This document shows, in pieces, positions 1 through 9,655 of a DNA stretch of 64,000 bases; position 1 is the stretch's first letter, and the number at the start of each line of letters is the position of its first letter. Source of the DNA: an uncultured Bacteroidota bacterium (GTDB lineage Bacteria > Bacteroidota > Bacteroidia > 2-12-FULL-35-15); NCBI GenBank assembly GCA_963727705.1, contig CAVSHK010000042.1:7552-71551 (forward strand), read 5' to 3'. The notes beneath the pieces are model-generated. The model saw only the letters and a list, made by a program, of their open reading frames with translations. It was not told where the DNA came from and did no database searches. Position numbers and translations under genes: made by a program.

Positions 1-1
1 C

Positions 2-391
2 AAAAACGGCTGGCTGTTTAACTGGAAGAATGAACTTGGACTACCTGACAAAGAAGTTTATAAACTGACCATAATAAACAATACAAATATCGTTCAAGGC
101 ATTGTTAGCTTGACCGTAAAACCAGACCATGTTTTTATACACCTTATAGAAAATGCCCCATTCAATAAAGTGAAGGGAAAAGTATATGAGGGTGTTGCAG
201 GAAATTTAGTTGCATTTGCTTGTAGACTTTCATTTCAAAGGGGAAGCGACGGTTTTGTTTCCTTCCATGCAAAGACAAAATTAATTGACCATTACATTAA
301 GACACTTGAAGCATCTCATTACGGCAATCACTTAATGGTTGTAGACACTAGGGCTACACTCAAGTTAGTAGACAAATATTTTAAATCATAA
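2..391 (+). CDS. 5'-truncated hypothetical protein, GNAT/acetyltransferase-like fold suspected
   Basis: Frame is open from position 2 (KNGWLFNWKNEL...QGIVSL..HVFIHLIENAPFN..YEGVAGNLVAFACRLSF..GFVSFHAKTKLIDHY). The pattern resembles GNAT-type proteins; the start lies outside the window. Confidence 0.6.
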   Translation, partial: KNGWLFNWKNELGLPDKEVYKLTIINNTNIVQGIVSLTVKPDHVFIHLIENAPFNKVKGKVYEGVAGNLVAFACRLSFQRGSDGFVSFHAKTKLIDHYIKTLEASHYGNHLMVVDTRATLKLVDKYFKS

Positions 392-395
392 TAAA

Positions 396-539
396 ATGAA
401 AAAGAAAACAGAAGAACTTGATGTTGACTTTATACAAAGCAGACCCTTGACAAAAGACGAGGAGCAAAAGTTAAGTGAGTACATCAAAAAACTTAAAGAA
501 AAAAACGCTAAGGCGGACCACCATAAAAAAGCTGCGTAG
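396..539 (+). CDS. small 47-aa charged protein (MKKKTEELDVDFIQSRPLTKDEEQKLSEYIKKLKEKNAKADHHKKAA), possible antitoxin-like partner
   Basis: ATG at 396, 4 nt after the upstream stop; TAG at 537-539; below the ORF-track cutoff. Confidence 0.6.
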   Translation: MKKKTEELDVDFIQSRPLTKDEEQKLSEYIKKLKEKNAKADHHKKAA

Positions 540-681
540 AAAAATGCCACTTACCCATAACACGGGTTCTCCTATGTAAACAGGCGGTAGTTCGTGCAAG
601 TTGCGGCTTGAAGTTTAAACCACTCAAACAATAAATTAAAAGTAGCTTTTTTTGTTGCAGCAGCCTCAGTAGGCGCTAAGC

Positions 682-830
682 CAATGTCATTAAGTTAAGA
701 AGCCCTCGCACATATTTCGACAGGCTCAATATGACTATCGCGCGCAGTCAGTCTGAGACTTCGGCATGAGCTCAGTCGAACGCTTGTCGAAGACTTTGGG
801 CGGAAGAACATCCTTAACTTAATGACATTG
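682..830. mobile_element. MITE (149 bp), IS4-family-like ends, carrying REP-like palindromes
   Basis: Perfect 18-bp TIR CAATGTCATTAAGTTAAG (682-699) / CTTAACTTAATGACATTG (813-830), flanked by an exact 10-bp direct repeat GGCGCTAAGC (672-681, 831-840). Confidence 0.9.
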
Positions 831-881
831 GGCGCTAAGCTGTCGGGTAGCAAGTGTGAATGGGCTTAGTGCCAATTTTAA

Positions 882-2048
<1,167 letters not shown>

Positions 2049-2053
2049 AGGAA

Positions 2054-2422
2054 ATGAATATAGCACTTTGGATAATACAATCACTACTTGCTGTTATGTT
2101 TTTTATGGCGGGCTACGGAAAAATTACCGGCACCAAACAACAGCATATAACAGACGGACATATAAAACCCGAAGCTTCTGTAATTCCTATTCGGATACTT
2201 GGTGTTCTTGAATGGCTTGGTTGTATTGGCATTATAGTTCCCTGGCTCACCAATATTTTTTCTGTACTTACTCCAATAGCAGCAGGTTGTTTTTGTCTGA
2301 TTATGGTAGCTGGTATATTCGTTCATACACAAAAGAAAGAATACAAAATGTTGCCATTACTGACCGCAATTTTTATTTTTAGTTTTGTTGTAGCATTCGT
2401 TAGATTTAAACAGCTGAATTGA
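2054..2422 (+). CDS. DoxX-family membrane protein
   Basis: Four hydrophobic segments; MNIALWIIQSLLA..F..AG..K and LGVLE.LG..G...P..LTP.AA motifs. Confidence 0.8.
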   Translation: MNIALWIIQSLLAVMFFMAGYGKITGTKQQHITDGHIKPEASVIPIRILGVLEWLGCIGIIVPWLTNIFSVLTPIAAGCFCLIMVAGIFVHTQKKEYKMLPLLTAIFIFSFVVAFVRFKQLN

Positions 2423-2446
2423 ATACACAGAAAAGAAAAAATGTGT

Positions 2447-2480
2447 ACCCAGTTCGCCGTAGCGTGTAAAAATGAATAAA
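2447..2480 (+). repeat. 34-bp direct repeat, copy 1
   Basis: ACCCAGTTCGCCGTAGCGTGTAAAAATGAATAAA; copy 2 at 4363-4396 differs by 1 nt. Confidence 0.9.
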
Positions 2481-2531
2481 CAGGGAAGTGCTTTTAAAAC
2501 CACACTTTTATTAGCTGCCAACCGATAGCCA

Positions 2532-3083
2532 ATGGTTAATTTAAACATAGGTCATAGTATGAATACAGCACAATATCAAGATCCGGTTTTTATTAATAAT
2601 GCAGGGCTAATTATATTGGCACCCTTTCTGGCCAACCTGTTTGAAAAATGTGGATTAACCAGTAACAATGAATTTATTAATGAACAAAGTAAAAACAAAG
2701 CAATACATCTTTTAGATTATGCCGCAACAGGAAATACAACTAATAATGAACATCAATTAATAATTAATAAGTTGTTGTGCGGAATGTCGGTTTCAGATCC
2801 AATAATGGATAATATTAATTTAAGTAACGAAGACAAAGAAATTGTGGATGGCTTATTAATAGCTGTTTTACAACAATGGACGGTACTAAAAAACACTTCA
2901 ATTGAAGGATTAAGAAATTCCTTTTTACAAAGAGACGGAAGGCTTGAAGAAGGGGAAGAACAATATTGTTTAAAAGTAAGCTCCAAAGCATTCGACATAC
3001 TATTGGATCAACTTCCGTGGAGTATTAGTAACATTAAATTGTACTTCATGAAAAAACCTTTTTTAGTAGAATGGAGATCCTAA
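2532..3083 (+). CDS. stand-alone C-terminal domain of contractile injection system tape-measure protein (CIS_TMP/Afp14-like)
   Basis: INNAGLIILAPFL..LF, NKLLCG, W..LKNTSIEGLR..FLQRDGRL, DILLDQLPWSIS.IKL..M...VEW motifs; the start may be the Met at 2559. Confidence 0.75.
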   Translation: MVNLNIGHSMNTAQYQDPVFINNAGLIILAPFLANLFEKCGLTSNNEFINEQSKNKAIHLLDYAATGNTTNNEHQLIINKLLCGMSVSDPIMDNINLSNEDKEIVDGLLIAVLQQWTVLKNTSIEGLRNSFLQRDGRLEEGEEQYCLKVSSKAFDILLDQLPWSISNIKLYFMKKPFLVEWRS

Positions 3084-3162
3084 TTAAAGTAAAAATTTGA
3101 GTTGGATAAACGAACTAAGAAACAATCATACAAACCACATAACTATTTAAACAACTAACAAA

Positions 3163-3735
3163 ATGAGAAAACTGGTATTTTTTATGCACACTTCACTTGA
3201 CGGTTTTGTGGCAGGACCTAAGGGAGAAATGAACTGGATAAACATAAACGAAACAATGTTTGACTTTATTGCTACAATGACCGACAAAGCCGACACGGCG
3301 CTTTATGGACGGGTAACGTATGAAATGATGCAAAATTATTGGCCAAACGCCGGAGAACAACCAAACGCATCAAAACACGACAAAGAACATTCGGCCTGGT
3401 ACAACAACGTTTCAAAAGTGGTTTTGTCAAAAACAATTACTGAAAAAGGGCTTAACAATACCAAAGTTATTAGCGACCAACTTGCTGATAACATAACTAA
3501 AATAAAAAAACAAGCGGGAAAAGATATTCTGATTTTCGGAAGCCCAACCGCTTCTCATTCATTATTAAGTGAGGGGTTAATTGATGAGTTTTGGTTATTT
3601 GTTAATCCGGTTATACTCGGACAGGGCATACGGCTATTTAAAGGTGCAACAGAAACAACTAAACTGAAACTTATAGAAACGAAAACATTTTCCTGCGGAG
3701 TAATTGCGCTTCATTACGAAACAATACGCAATTAA
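3163..3735 (+). CDS. dihydrofolate reductase / RibD C-terminal family protein
   Basis: MRKLV..MHTSLDGFVAGP, GR.TYE, GKDILIFGS, GLIDE..LFVNPVILG.G. Confidence 0.88.
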   Translation: MRKLVFFMHTSLDGFVAGPKGEMNWININETMFDFIATMTDKADTALYGRVTYEMMQNYWPNAGEQPNASKHDKEHSAWYNNVSKVVLSKTITEKGLNNTKVISDQLADNITKIKKQAGKDILIFGSPTASHSLLSEGLIDEFWLFVNPVILGQGIRLFKGATETTKLKLIETKTFSCGVIALHYETIRN

Positions 3736-3771
3736 TAGTTGTTACCAACCCGAAAAGAAACATCTACCAAA

Positions 3772-4356
3772 ATGACAAAAAAGAAAATTTTAATCATAAC
3801 AGGACATCCTGACAAAGAAAGTTTCAACTTTGGTATTGCTGAAGCATATAAAAAAGGAGCAATTTCATCAGGGGCAGACGTTAAAGAAATTGTAGTTTGT
3901 GATTTGAATTTTAACCCGAACTTGCAATTTGGTTATCGTAAAAGAACTGACCTTGAACCGGACTTAGTTGACGCACAGAATAAAATTAAATGGGCGGAAC
4001 ATTTGGTTTGGATTTATCCGGTTTGGTGGGGTTCTGTTCCTGCTATTTTGAAAGGATTTATTGACAGGGTTTTTCTGCCGGGTTTTGCATTTCAAAAAAA
4101 AGAAAATTCAGTTTGGTGGGACAAACTACTCAAAAATAAATCGGCAAGAATAATTTCCACTCTCGACCAGCCCGCTTGGTATTACTGGCTTGTTTACAAA
4201 CAACCAAGCAACAATGCAATGAAAAAACTGACGTTGCAATTTAGCGGGGTAAATCCTGTAAATGTAACAACTATTGGTCCGATACGACTTTCAAAAGAAA
4301 CTTACAGGCATAATTTGCTTAAAAAAATTGAAAGACTGGGACAGCAAAATAAATAA
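3772..4356 (+). CDS. NAD(P)H-dependent oxidoreductase, flavodoxin-like (MdaB/KefF family)
   Basis: ILIITGHPD..SFN, YPVWWGSVPAILKGFIDRVF; ATG at 3772 preferred over TTG at 3739. Confidence 0.88.
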   Translation: MTKKKILIITGHPDKESFNFGIAEAYKKGAISSGADVKEIVVCDLNFNPNLQFGYRKRTDLEPDLVDAQNKIKWAEHLVWIYPVWWGSVPAILKGFIDRVFLPGFAFQKKENSVWWDKLLKNKSARIISTLDQPAWYYWLVYKQPSNNAMKKLTLQFSGVNPVNVTTIGPIRLSKETYRHNLLKKIERLGQQNK

Positions 4357-4362
4357 CAAACA

Positions 4363-4396
4363 ACCCAGTTCGCTGTAGCGTGTAAAAATGAATAAA
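4363..4396 (+). repeat. 34-bp direct repeat, copy 2
   Basis: ACCCAGTTCGCTGTAGCGTGTAAAAATGAATAAA. Confidence 0.9.
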
Positions 4397-4582
4397 TAAC
4401 ACAGCAGGATTGCCCCTAAAGGACGTTAGACATTAAGTATTATTCATAATATGATAAAGCTCCCGGAAAGTCCAAAAACATTATTAGAATAGCTACTTAT
4501 AAATAGCACATTGCTTTTAAACTCTCAGAGAAGAGTTGAAATGATGTGAAAAAAGCAAAACAATTTTGATTTCACTGCATTA

Positions 4583-5350
4583 TTAAGCAGCAGACCAACC
4601 GCCGTCCATTGGTATAGCAGAACCGGTAATCATAGAAGCGTGTCCCGAAGCAAGAAACAATGCTAATGCCCCTATTGATTCGGCACTCACAAATTCTTTA
4701 ATGGGGTGCTTTGCAAGCATAATTTTATTAATTACTTCTGCTTCCGGAATATTATGTGATTTCGCTTGCTCGGTGATTTGTTTTTCAACCAATGGTGTTT
4801 TAACATAACCCGGACAAATAGCGTTTGCTGTTATTCCCAATGTAGCCCCTTCAAGTGCCAATACTTTTGTTAAGCCAATGATGCCATGCTTTGCAGCTAC
4901 ATATGCCGATTTGAATTCGGAAGCAACCAGTCCATGAACGGAAGAAATATTGATGATTCTGCCCGACTTGTTTTCTTTCATGCCTTTCCACACCGCTTTG
5001 GACGTATGAAATGCAGATGATAAGTTAATGCCAATAATGTCATTCCATTTTTCTGTTGGAAAATCTTCAATGGGTGAAACAAATTGAATTCCCGCATTGT
5101 TTATCAATACATCAATACTTCCCATTTTAGCAATTCCTTCATCAACCATTTTTATTATTTCAGCAGGTTGAAGCATATTAGCTGCAGAATACATTGTTTC
5201 TACATTGTATTGTTTACTAATATCTTTTGCTATTTCAGGCCCTTCTTTTTCTAGTCCGTTAAAAACAATATTATATCCTGATTTAGCAAATTCCTTTGCA
5301 ATACCCAATCCCACACCACTTGTACTTCCTGTTATTAAAACGGTCTTCAT
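4583..5350 (-). CDS. bdhA: D-3-hydroxybutyrate dehydrogenase (SDR)
   Basis: TGSTSGVG, NNAGIQFVSPIEDFP.EKW, SVHGLVAS.FKSAYVAAKHG, CPGYV.TPLV.KQI, DGGW. Confidence 0.9.
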   Translation of the reverse strand: MKTVLITGSTSGVGLGIAKEFAKSGYNIVFNGLEKEGPEIAKDISKQYNVETMYSAANMLQPAEIIKMVDEGIAKMGSIDVLINNAGIQFVSPIEDFPTEKWNDIIGINLSSAFHTSKAVWKGMKENKSGRIINISSVHGLVASEFKSAYVAAKHGIIGLTKVLALEGATLGITANAICPGYVKTPLVEKQITEQAKSHNIPEAEVINKIMLAKHPIKEFVSAESIGALALFLASGHASMITGSAIPMDGGWSAA

Positions 5351-5363
5351 AATTTTAATTTTA

Positions 5364-6164
5364 TTAATGCTCTATAAATTCAGTTATCAATTTTGTAATT
5401 TGAGGAATTGCTTCCAAATTAAGCGTATGGCCAACTCCTGCTACCACCTCCAAAGTGCTTCCCGGTATTGCATCAGCAACCTCCTGTGCCATGTGTACCG
5501 GAAACAACACATCTTTTTCTCCCTGAATAACCAGTGTTGGATTTTGTATTCCTTTTAATTTTGGACGATAATCAGGTCGTTGTGCAGTGGCAGTCATTAA
5601 TTTTCTGAGAGCCGTTACATCCGTATTTTGAGTTTGTTTGGCGGATTTAAGCGTATCAATAGGAATGAGCGGATTTGAAAAATACATTTCGCCTAATACA
5701 GTAGGTAACATTACATCAAACATATGTGCATAACCTCCCATGTTTAAAGAGTTAAGCCAGGCCACAGAAATTGCTTCAGTATAAGGGGTTTTATGAGCAA
5801 ATGTGGATAGCAATATCAATTTATTTATTTTATCGGGATAATTAACAGCCATGTTTTGCGCAACCAAACTTCCGTAAGATAATCCTGCCACATTTATTTT
5901 TTTAATAGTTAAGGCTTCTATCAAGCCTATTATATCCGCTGCGTGTTGGTCAAAATCGCGCACATCTCCGGTTTTGTCGGACTGTCCCTGAAAGATAAAA
6001 TCACATAAAACTATTTTATACTCTTTAGCAAAAGCAGGCAGCATAAAATACCAGGCGGCTGTAGATTGGGATAATCCATTTAAAAAAATAACAGATCTAT
6101 CCGATTGAAGATTGCCATGCACCTCATAATATAAATTTCGGTTGTCAGCAGTTGTATGAAACAT
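5364..6164 (-). CDS. alpha/beta hydrolase (candidate 3HB-oligomer hydrolase / intracellular PHA depolymerase)
   Basis: GLSYG nucleophile elbow, GEKD acid, GH base; located between phaB and bdhA. Confidence 0.75.
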   Translation of the reverse strand: MFHTTADNRNLYYEVHGNLQSDRSVIFLNGLSQSTAAWYFMLPAFAKEYKIVLCDFIFQGQSDKTGDVRDFDQHAADIIGLIEALTIKKINVAGLSYGSLVAQNMAVNYPDKINKLILLSTFAHKTPYTEAISVAWLNSLNMGGYAHMFDVMLPTVLGEMYFSNPLIPIDTLKSAKQTQNTDVTALRKLMTATAQRPDYRPKLKGIQNPTLVIQGEKDVLFPVHMAQEVADAIPGSTLEVVAGVGHTLNLEAIPQITKLITEFIEH

Positions 6165-6205
6165 AATTGATGTGCTAAATTAAGCTTTATAATTCGTTAA
6201 AAGTA

Positions 6206-6973
6206 TTAAAACATATGTTGTCCGCCATTAATAGCGATATTGGCTCCTGTAATAAAATCAGCATCTGTTGACGCTAAGTAAGCAACAGCACCTGCAATTT
6301 CAGCAGGATGTCCTAAACGCCCTACAGGAATTTGTTCAATAATTTTATTACGTATTTCTTCTTTTACGGCCATTACCATAGCAGTGGCTGTATATCCGGG
6401 AGAAACGGTATTTACAGTAATTCCTTTTTTTGCCACCTCTAAGGCCAGCGATTTTGAAAAACCGTACATCGCTGCTTTTGTTGCTGCATAATTCGTTTGT
6501 CCGAATTGTCCCTTTTGCCCGTTAATGGAAGATATATTGATTACGCGCCCCCACCCTTTTGCAATCATGCCTTCTATTACCAAACGGGTACAAATAAATA
6601 CACTGTTAAGATTGGTATCTATTACTTCGTACCATTGTTGAGGAGTCATTTTATGAAGAGCTGAATCCCTTGTAATTCCGGCATTATTTACCAAAATATC
6701 CACCGTTCCTATTTCTTCTGTTATCTGCTTTATCATTTTTTCAGCAGATTTAAAGTTAGAAATATCACCTGAAACAATTTTCAAATCAAAACCCATTTTT
6801 AGTTGGTCATCTCGCCAAGCCTTTGCTTCTTCCCTCCATTTCATGGCATTGGTAAAGTTTCTGTAATTGGCAACAACGGTGTATCCATCCTTATATAAAC
6901 GCTCGCAAATAGCCGTTCCTATTCCACCCGTTCCGCCTGTAATTAAAGCTACCTTATTGTTTTTTTGTATCAT
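6206..6973 (-). CDS. phaB: acetoacetyl-CoA reductase
   Basis: TGGTGGIGTAIC.RL, NNAGITRD, INISSINGQKGQFGQTNYAATKA, SPGY..T.MV, NGGQHM. Confidence 0.93.
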   Translation of the reverse strand: MIQKNNKVALITGGTGGIGTAICERLYKDGYTVVANYRNFTNAMKWREEAKAWRDDQLKMGFDLKIVSGDISNFKSAEKMIKQITEEIGTVDILVNNAGITRDSALHKMTPQQWYEVIDTNLNSVFICTRLVIEGMIAKGWGRVINISSINGQKGQFGQTNYAATKAAMYGFSKSLALEVAKKGITVNTVSPGYTATAMVMAVKEEIRNKIIEQIPVGRLGHPAEIAGAVAYLASTDADFITGANIAINGGQHMF

Positions 6974-6992
6974 AAAATTATTTTTAGCGTGC

Positions 6993-8816
6993 TTATTTTT
7001 TTACAACGGAGGTGTTTTCATTTGGCATATACACGATCGATTTTTCTTTTACATATCTTCCCGGAGCAGGTTCAATCACTTTATATTTAGCATTGCCTAG
7101 TGTTTTAGCCGGAGCAATTTTTTTTCCTGATTTTTTGATCAAACGTTCGCTCCAAGGTGTCCACCAACTTCCATTATGAAACTTTGCCGTTTTTTGCCAA
7201 GCCTCAAATCCATTGTCTAATTCTCCATCAAGATAATAACCGTATTTTTTAGTTGTCGGAGCATTCGTTACTCCAATCACATGACCTGAACCTCCAAGTA
7301 TAAACTCAACGGGACCGCTCACCAATTCAGTAGTGGTGAACGTAGTATGTGCAGGTGATATATGGTCGTCACGCATACCTATAACGTAAACCGGAATTTC
7401 TATCTTACCAATATCTATTTGGGTATTACATATCCTCAAGGCATTTTTCCTGCTTAGTTTGTTTTCTAAAATCATATTCCTTAAATAATAAAGGTATGCG
7501 TTTGCAGGAAGGTTGGTATTATCGTTTGTCCAATATAAAACATCAAAAACAGGAGCTTGTTTTCCTTTTAAATAATTATTGACCACACAACTCCATATTA
7601 AGTCGTTTGCTCTTATTAAATTAAAAGCTGTTTCCATATCACGTCCTCGCATAACTCCCATTTGTGAAAGTTCTCCTCGCTCTAATTTTTTCACCAATGC
7701 ATTGTCAATTACACCGCCCATTGGACCAATATCAGAGAAATCAAGCATAGATGCAAGAAATGTGGCCGTATTCACCGGATTTTCCTCTTTACTTTTACGC
7801 TTAGCAAGTATTGCAAGTGTTACGCTTACAATTGTTCCTCCCAAACAATTGCCCAATACATTTATTTTTTGGGCCTTTGTTATGGCTTGTATCACCTCTA
7901 TAGCTTTTAATGTACCTTTTTCTATATAGTCATCAAAAGCTGTTATTCCCATATCGGCGGTAGAATTTTTCCAGGAGATCATAAACGTAGTGAATCCCTG
8001 ATCAACCGAAAATTTTGCCAACGAATTTTCAGGGCGTAAATCAAGTAAATAAAATTTATTAATTAAGGCCGGTACCATTAGCAATGGTATTTCATAAACC
8101 GTTTTTGTAGAAGGCGAATATTGGATTAACTGCATTAATTCATTTTCAAAAATAACCGCACCCTCAGTAATTGCAAGATTAACGCCCACTTCAAACTTCG
8201 ATTCATCCGTTTGACTTATTTTTCCTCTTTGAATATCTTCTAATAAATTTTTATATCCATCCATCAAACTTTGCCCATTTGTTTGTTGTGCTAATTTAAG
8301 AGCTTCAGGATTGGTAATAACAAAATTAGAAGGTGATAAGGCATCAATATATTGTTTAGTATAAAAGTTCAATTTTTTCTTTGTGTCATAGTCCATATCT
8401 ACAACATCAATTATTTCTGTCATCAGTTGCGACACCAGTAAATAACTCTGTTTAACAAAATCAAAATAATAAGGCGCTTCGTCCCATTCAGGAGCCCTAA
8501 AGCGCTTGTCATTGGCTGCCGGCGTAATAACAGGCTTATATTCCTTCGTAACATTTAACTGACGCTCGGTAATTCGTTTCCATAATTCCTGCTGATCACT
8601 AATAAATTTTTTAAAAAGCGGATGAACCTTCGAAAGCTGATCAGGTTCAATCATTAATTTGGTAGTTAAATCACTATAGGTATCAGCAATATCTCTATTA
8701 TCATGCTCATAACCCGATTTATTTTCAAGATAATTTTGAATTATTTTTTGACTTGCTTTTGTAATATTATCAGCCAGTTCCTTTAAATTTTCTACCCCTT
8801 TATTTTCCATAGTCAT
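6993..8816 (-). CDS. phaC: class I polyhydroxyalkanoate synthase
   Basis: DKRF..PEW, ALSPSNF..TNPE, F.VGVNLA.T.G.V.FENELMQLIQY, INKFY.LDL.PENS, lipase box GNCLGG, catalytic Asp (DDHI) and His (SGH), GSWW..W, APGRYV; 607 aa. Confidence 0.95.
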   Translation of the reverse strand: MTMENKGVENLKELADNITKASQKIIQNYLENKSGYEHDNRDIADTYSDLTTKLMIEPDQLSKVHPLFKKFISDQQELWKRITERQLNVTKEYKPVITPAANDKRFRAPEWDEAPYYFDFVKQSYLLVSQLMTEIIDVVDMDYDTKKKLNFYTKQYIDALSPSNFVITNPEALKLAQQTNGQSLMDGYKNLLEDIQRGKISQTDESKFEVGVNLAITEGAVIFENELMQLIQYSPSTKTVYEIPLLMVPALINKFYLLDLRPENSLAKFSVDQGFTTFMISWKNSTADMGITAFDDYIEKGTLKAIEVIQAITKAQKINVLGNCLGGTIVSVTLAILAKRKSKEENPVNTATFLASMLDFSDIGPMGGVIDNALVKKLERGELSQMGVMRGRDMETAFNLIRANDLIWSCVVNNYLKGKQAPVFDVLYWTNDNTNLPANAYLYYLRNMILENKLSRKNALRICNTQIDIGKIEIPVYVIGMRDDHISPAHTTFTTTELVSGPVEFILGGSGHVIGVTNAPTTKKYGYYLDGELDNGFEAWQKTAKFHNGSWWTPWSERLIKKSGKKIAPAKTLGNAKYKVIEPAPGRYVKEKSIVYMPNENTSVVKK

Positions 8817-8883
8817 TAATTGGCTTGCGTATGAATATTTTCAAATGTAATTGTGTATTTCCGTGTAATTCGTGTACAATAAT

Positions 8884-8926
8884 AAAAAAAATAACCCCGC
8901 AGATTCATTAAAATCTGCAAGATTAT
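8884..8926 (-). terminator. intrinsic terminator between the phasin-like genes and phaC
   Basis: Minus strand ATAATCTTGCAGATT-loop-AATCTGCGGGGTTAT (15-bp stem with G-U pairs) followed by a T run. Confidence 0.65.
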
Positions 8927-9009
8927 GATATAAATTTAATTTATGAAATAAACTTTTAAAATTGGCAAATTAAATATTGCTACTTTTCACGAAGTTCATT
9001 TATAAACAT

Positions 9010-9606
9010 TTATTTTTTCGCTTTCGCATCTTCTTTCCACCATTCAGATGCCCATCCTGCAAACTTTTCCAAACCTTTACCTTGTATTTTAAACAACGAT
9101 TCTATTTGAGAATTAATATTTTCCCCGAATTTTTGGTTAAAATTCACAGCAAGATTGGTGTGTTTGTTATAGAAATCTAATATTTCCTTTGTGTTTTCAG
9201 TTGTTAGTTTATGAGACGCTTCAAAATTTTCACGTATCAATTCCAACACTTTTTCAGGATGCTCTGTTTTAGATTCCTTTAATGCATCTACTAACTTCGT
9301 ATTAAAGTCCACATTCATTTCCATTTGTCTGGTATACGAATTGATTATGCTGTCAAGTGCATCTTCAGCAAGCTCAACCGATTTTCCGAATGCTTCTTTA
9401 ACATTATCGGTAATCGCATCATCTACTTCACCCTGATTAAATTTAGCTTTTATTGAATCTACAATTTTTTTGTTAGAGTCTATAGCCTCTCCAACGTGTT
9501 TTTTGTTTGAATCAATAAATTCTTTTATCGTGTCTTTCGATTTTTCAGCAGATCCCTTTATCGTGTTTTTTATTTTTTCAGCCTTGTCATTTAGTGTTGT
9601 GTCCAT
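9010..9606 (-). CDS. hypothetical all-helical protein, putative phasin
   Basis: 198 aa, no Cys, amphipathic helical periodicity, Trp-rich basic C-tail; directly upstream of phaC. Confidence 0.6.
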   Translation of the reverse strand: MDTTLNDKAEKIKNTIKGSAEKSKDTIKEFIDSNKKHVGEAIDSNKKIVDSIKAKFNQGEVDDAITDNVKEAFGKSVELAEDALDSIINSYTRQMEMNVDFNTKLVDALKESKTEHPEKVLELIRENFEASHKLTTENTKEILDFYNKHTNLAVNFNQKFGENINSQIESLFKIQGKGLEKFAGWASEWWKEDAKAKK

Positions 9607-9655
9607 ATCCTAAGATTTTTTAAAACATCAATAATTATTTATTAATACGCTTATT

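Noticed and set aside
541-880. Canonical integron attC site before tet(X)
   Set aside because: Only degenerate core-like motifs (CCATAAC, TTAGTGCC); no clean RYYYAAC/GTTRRRY pairing and no intI in the window
2532-3083. Prophage or complete eCIS locus
   Set aside because: No other structural genes nearby
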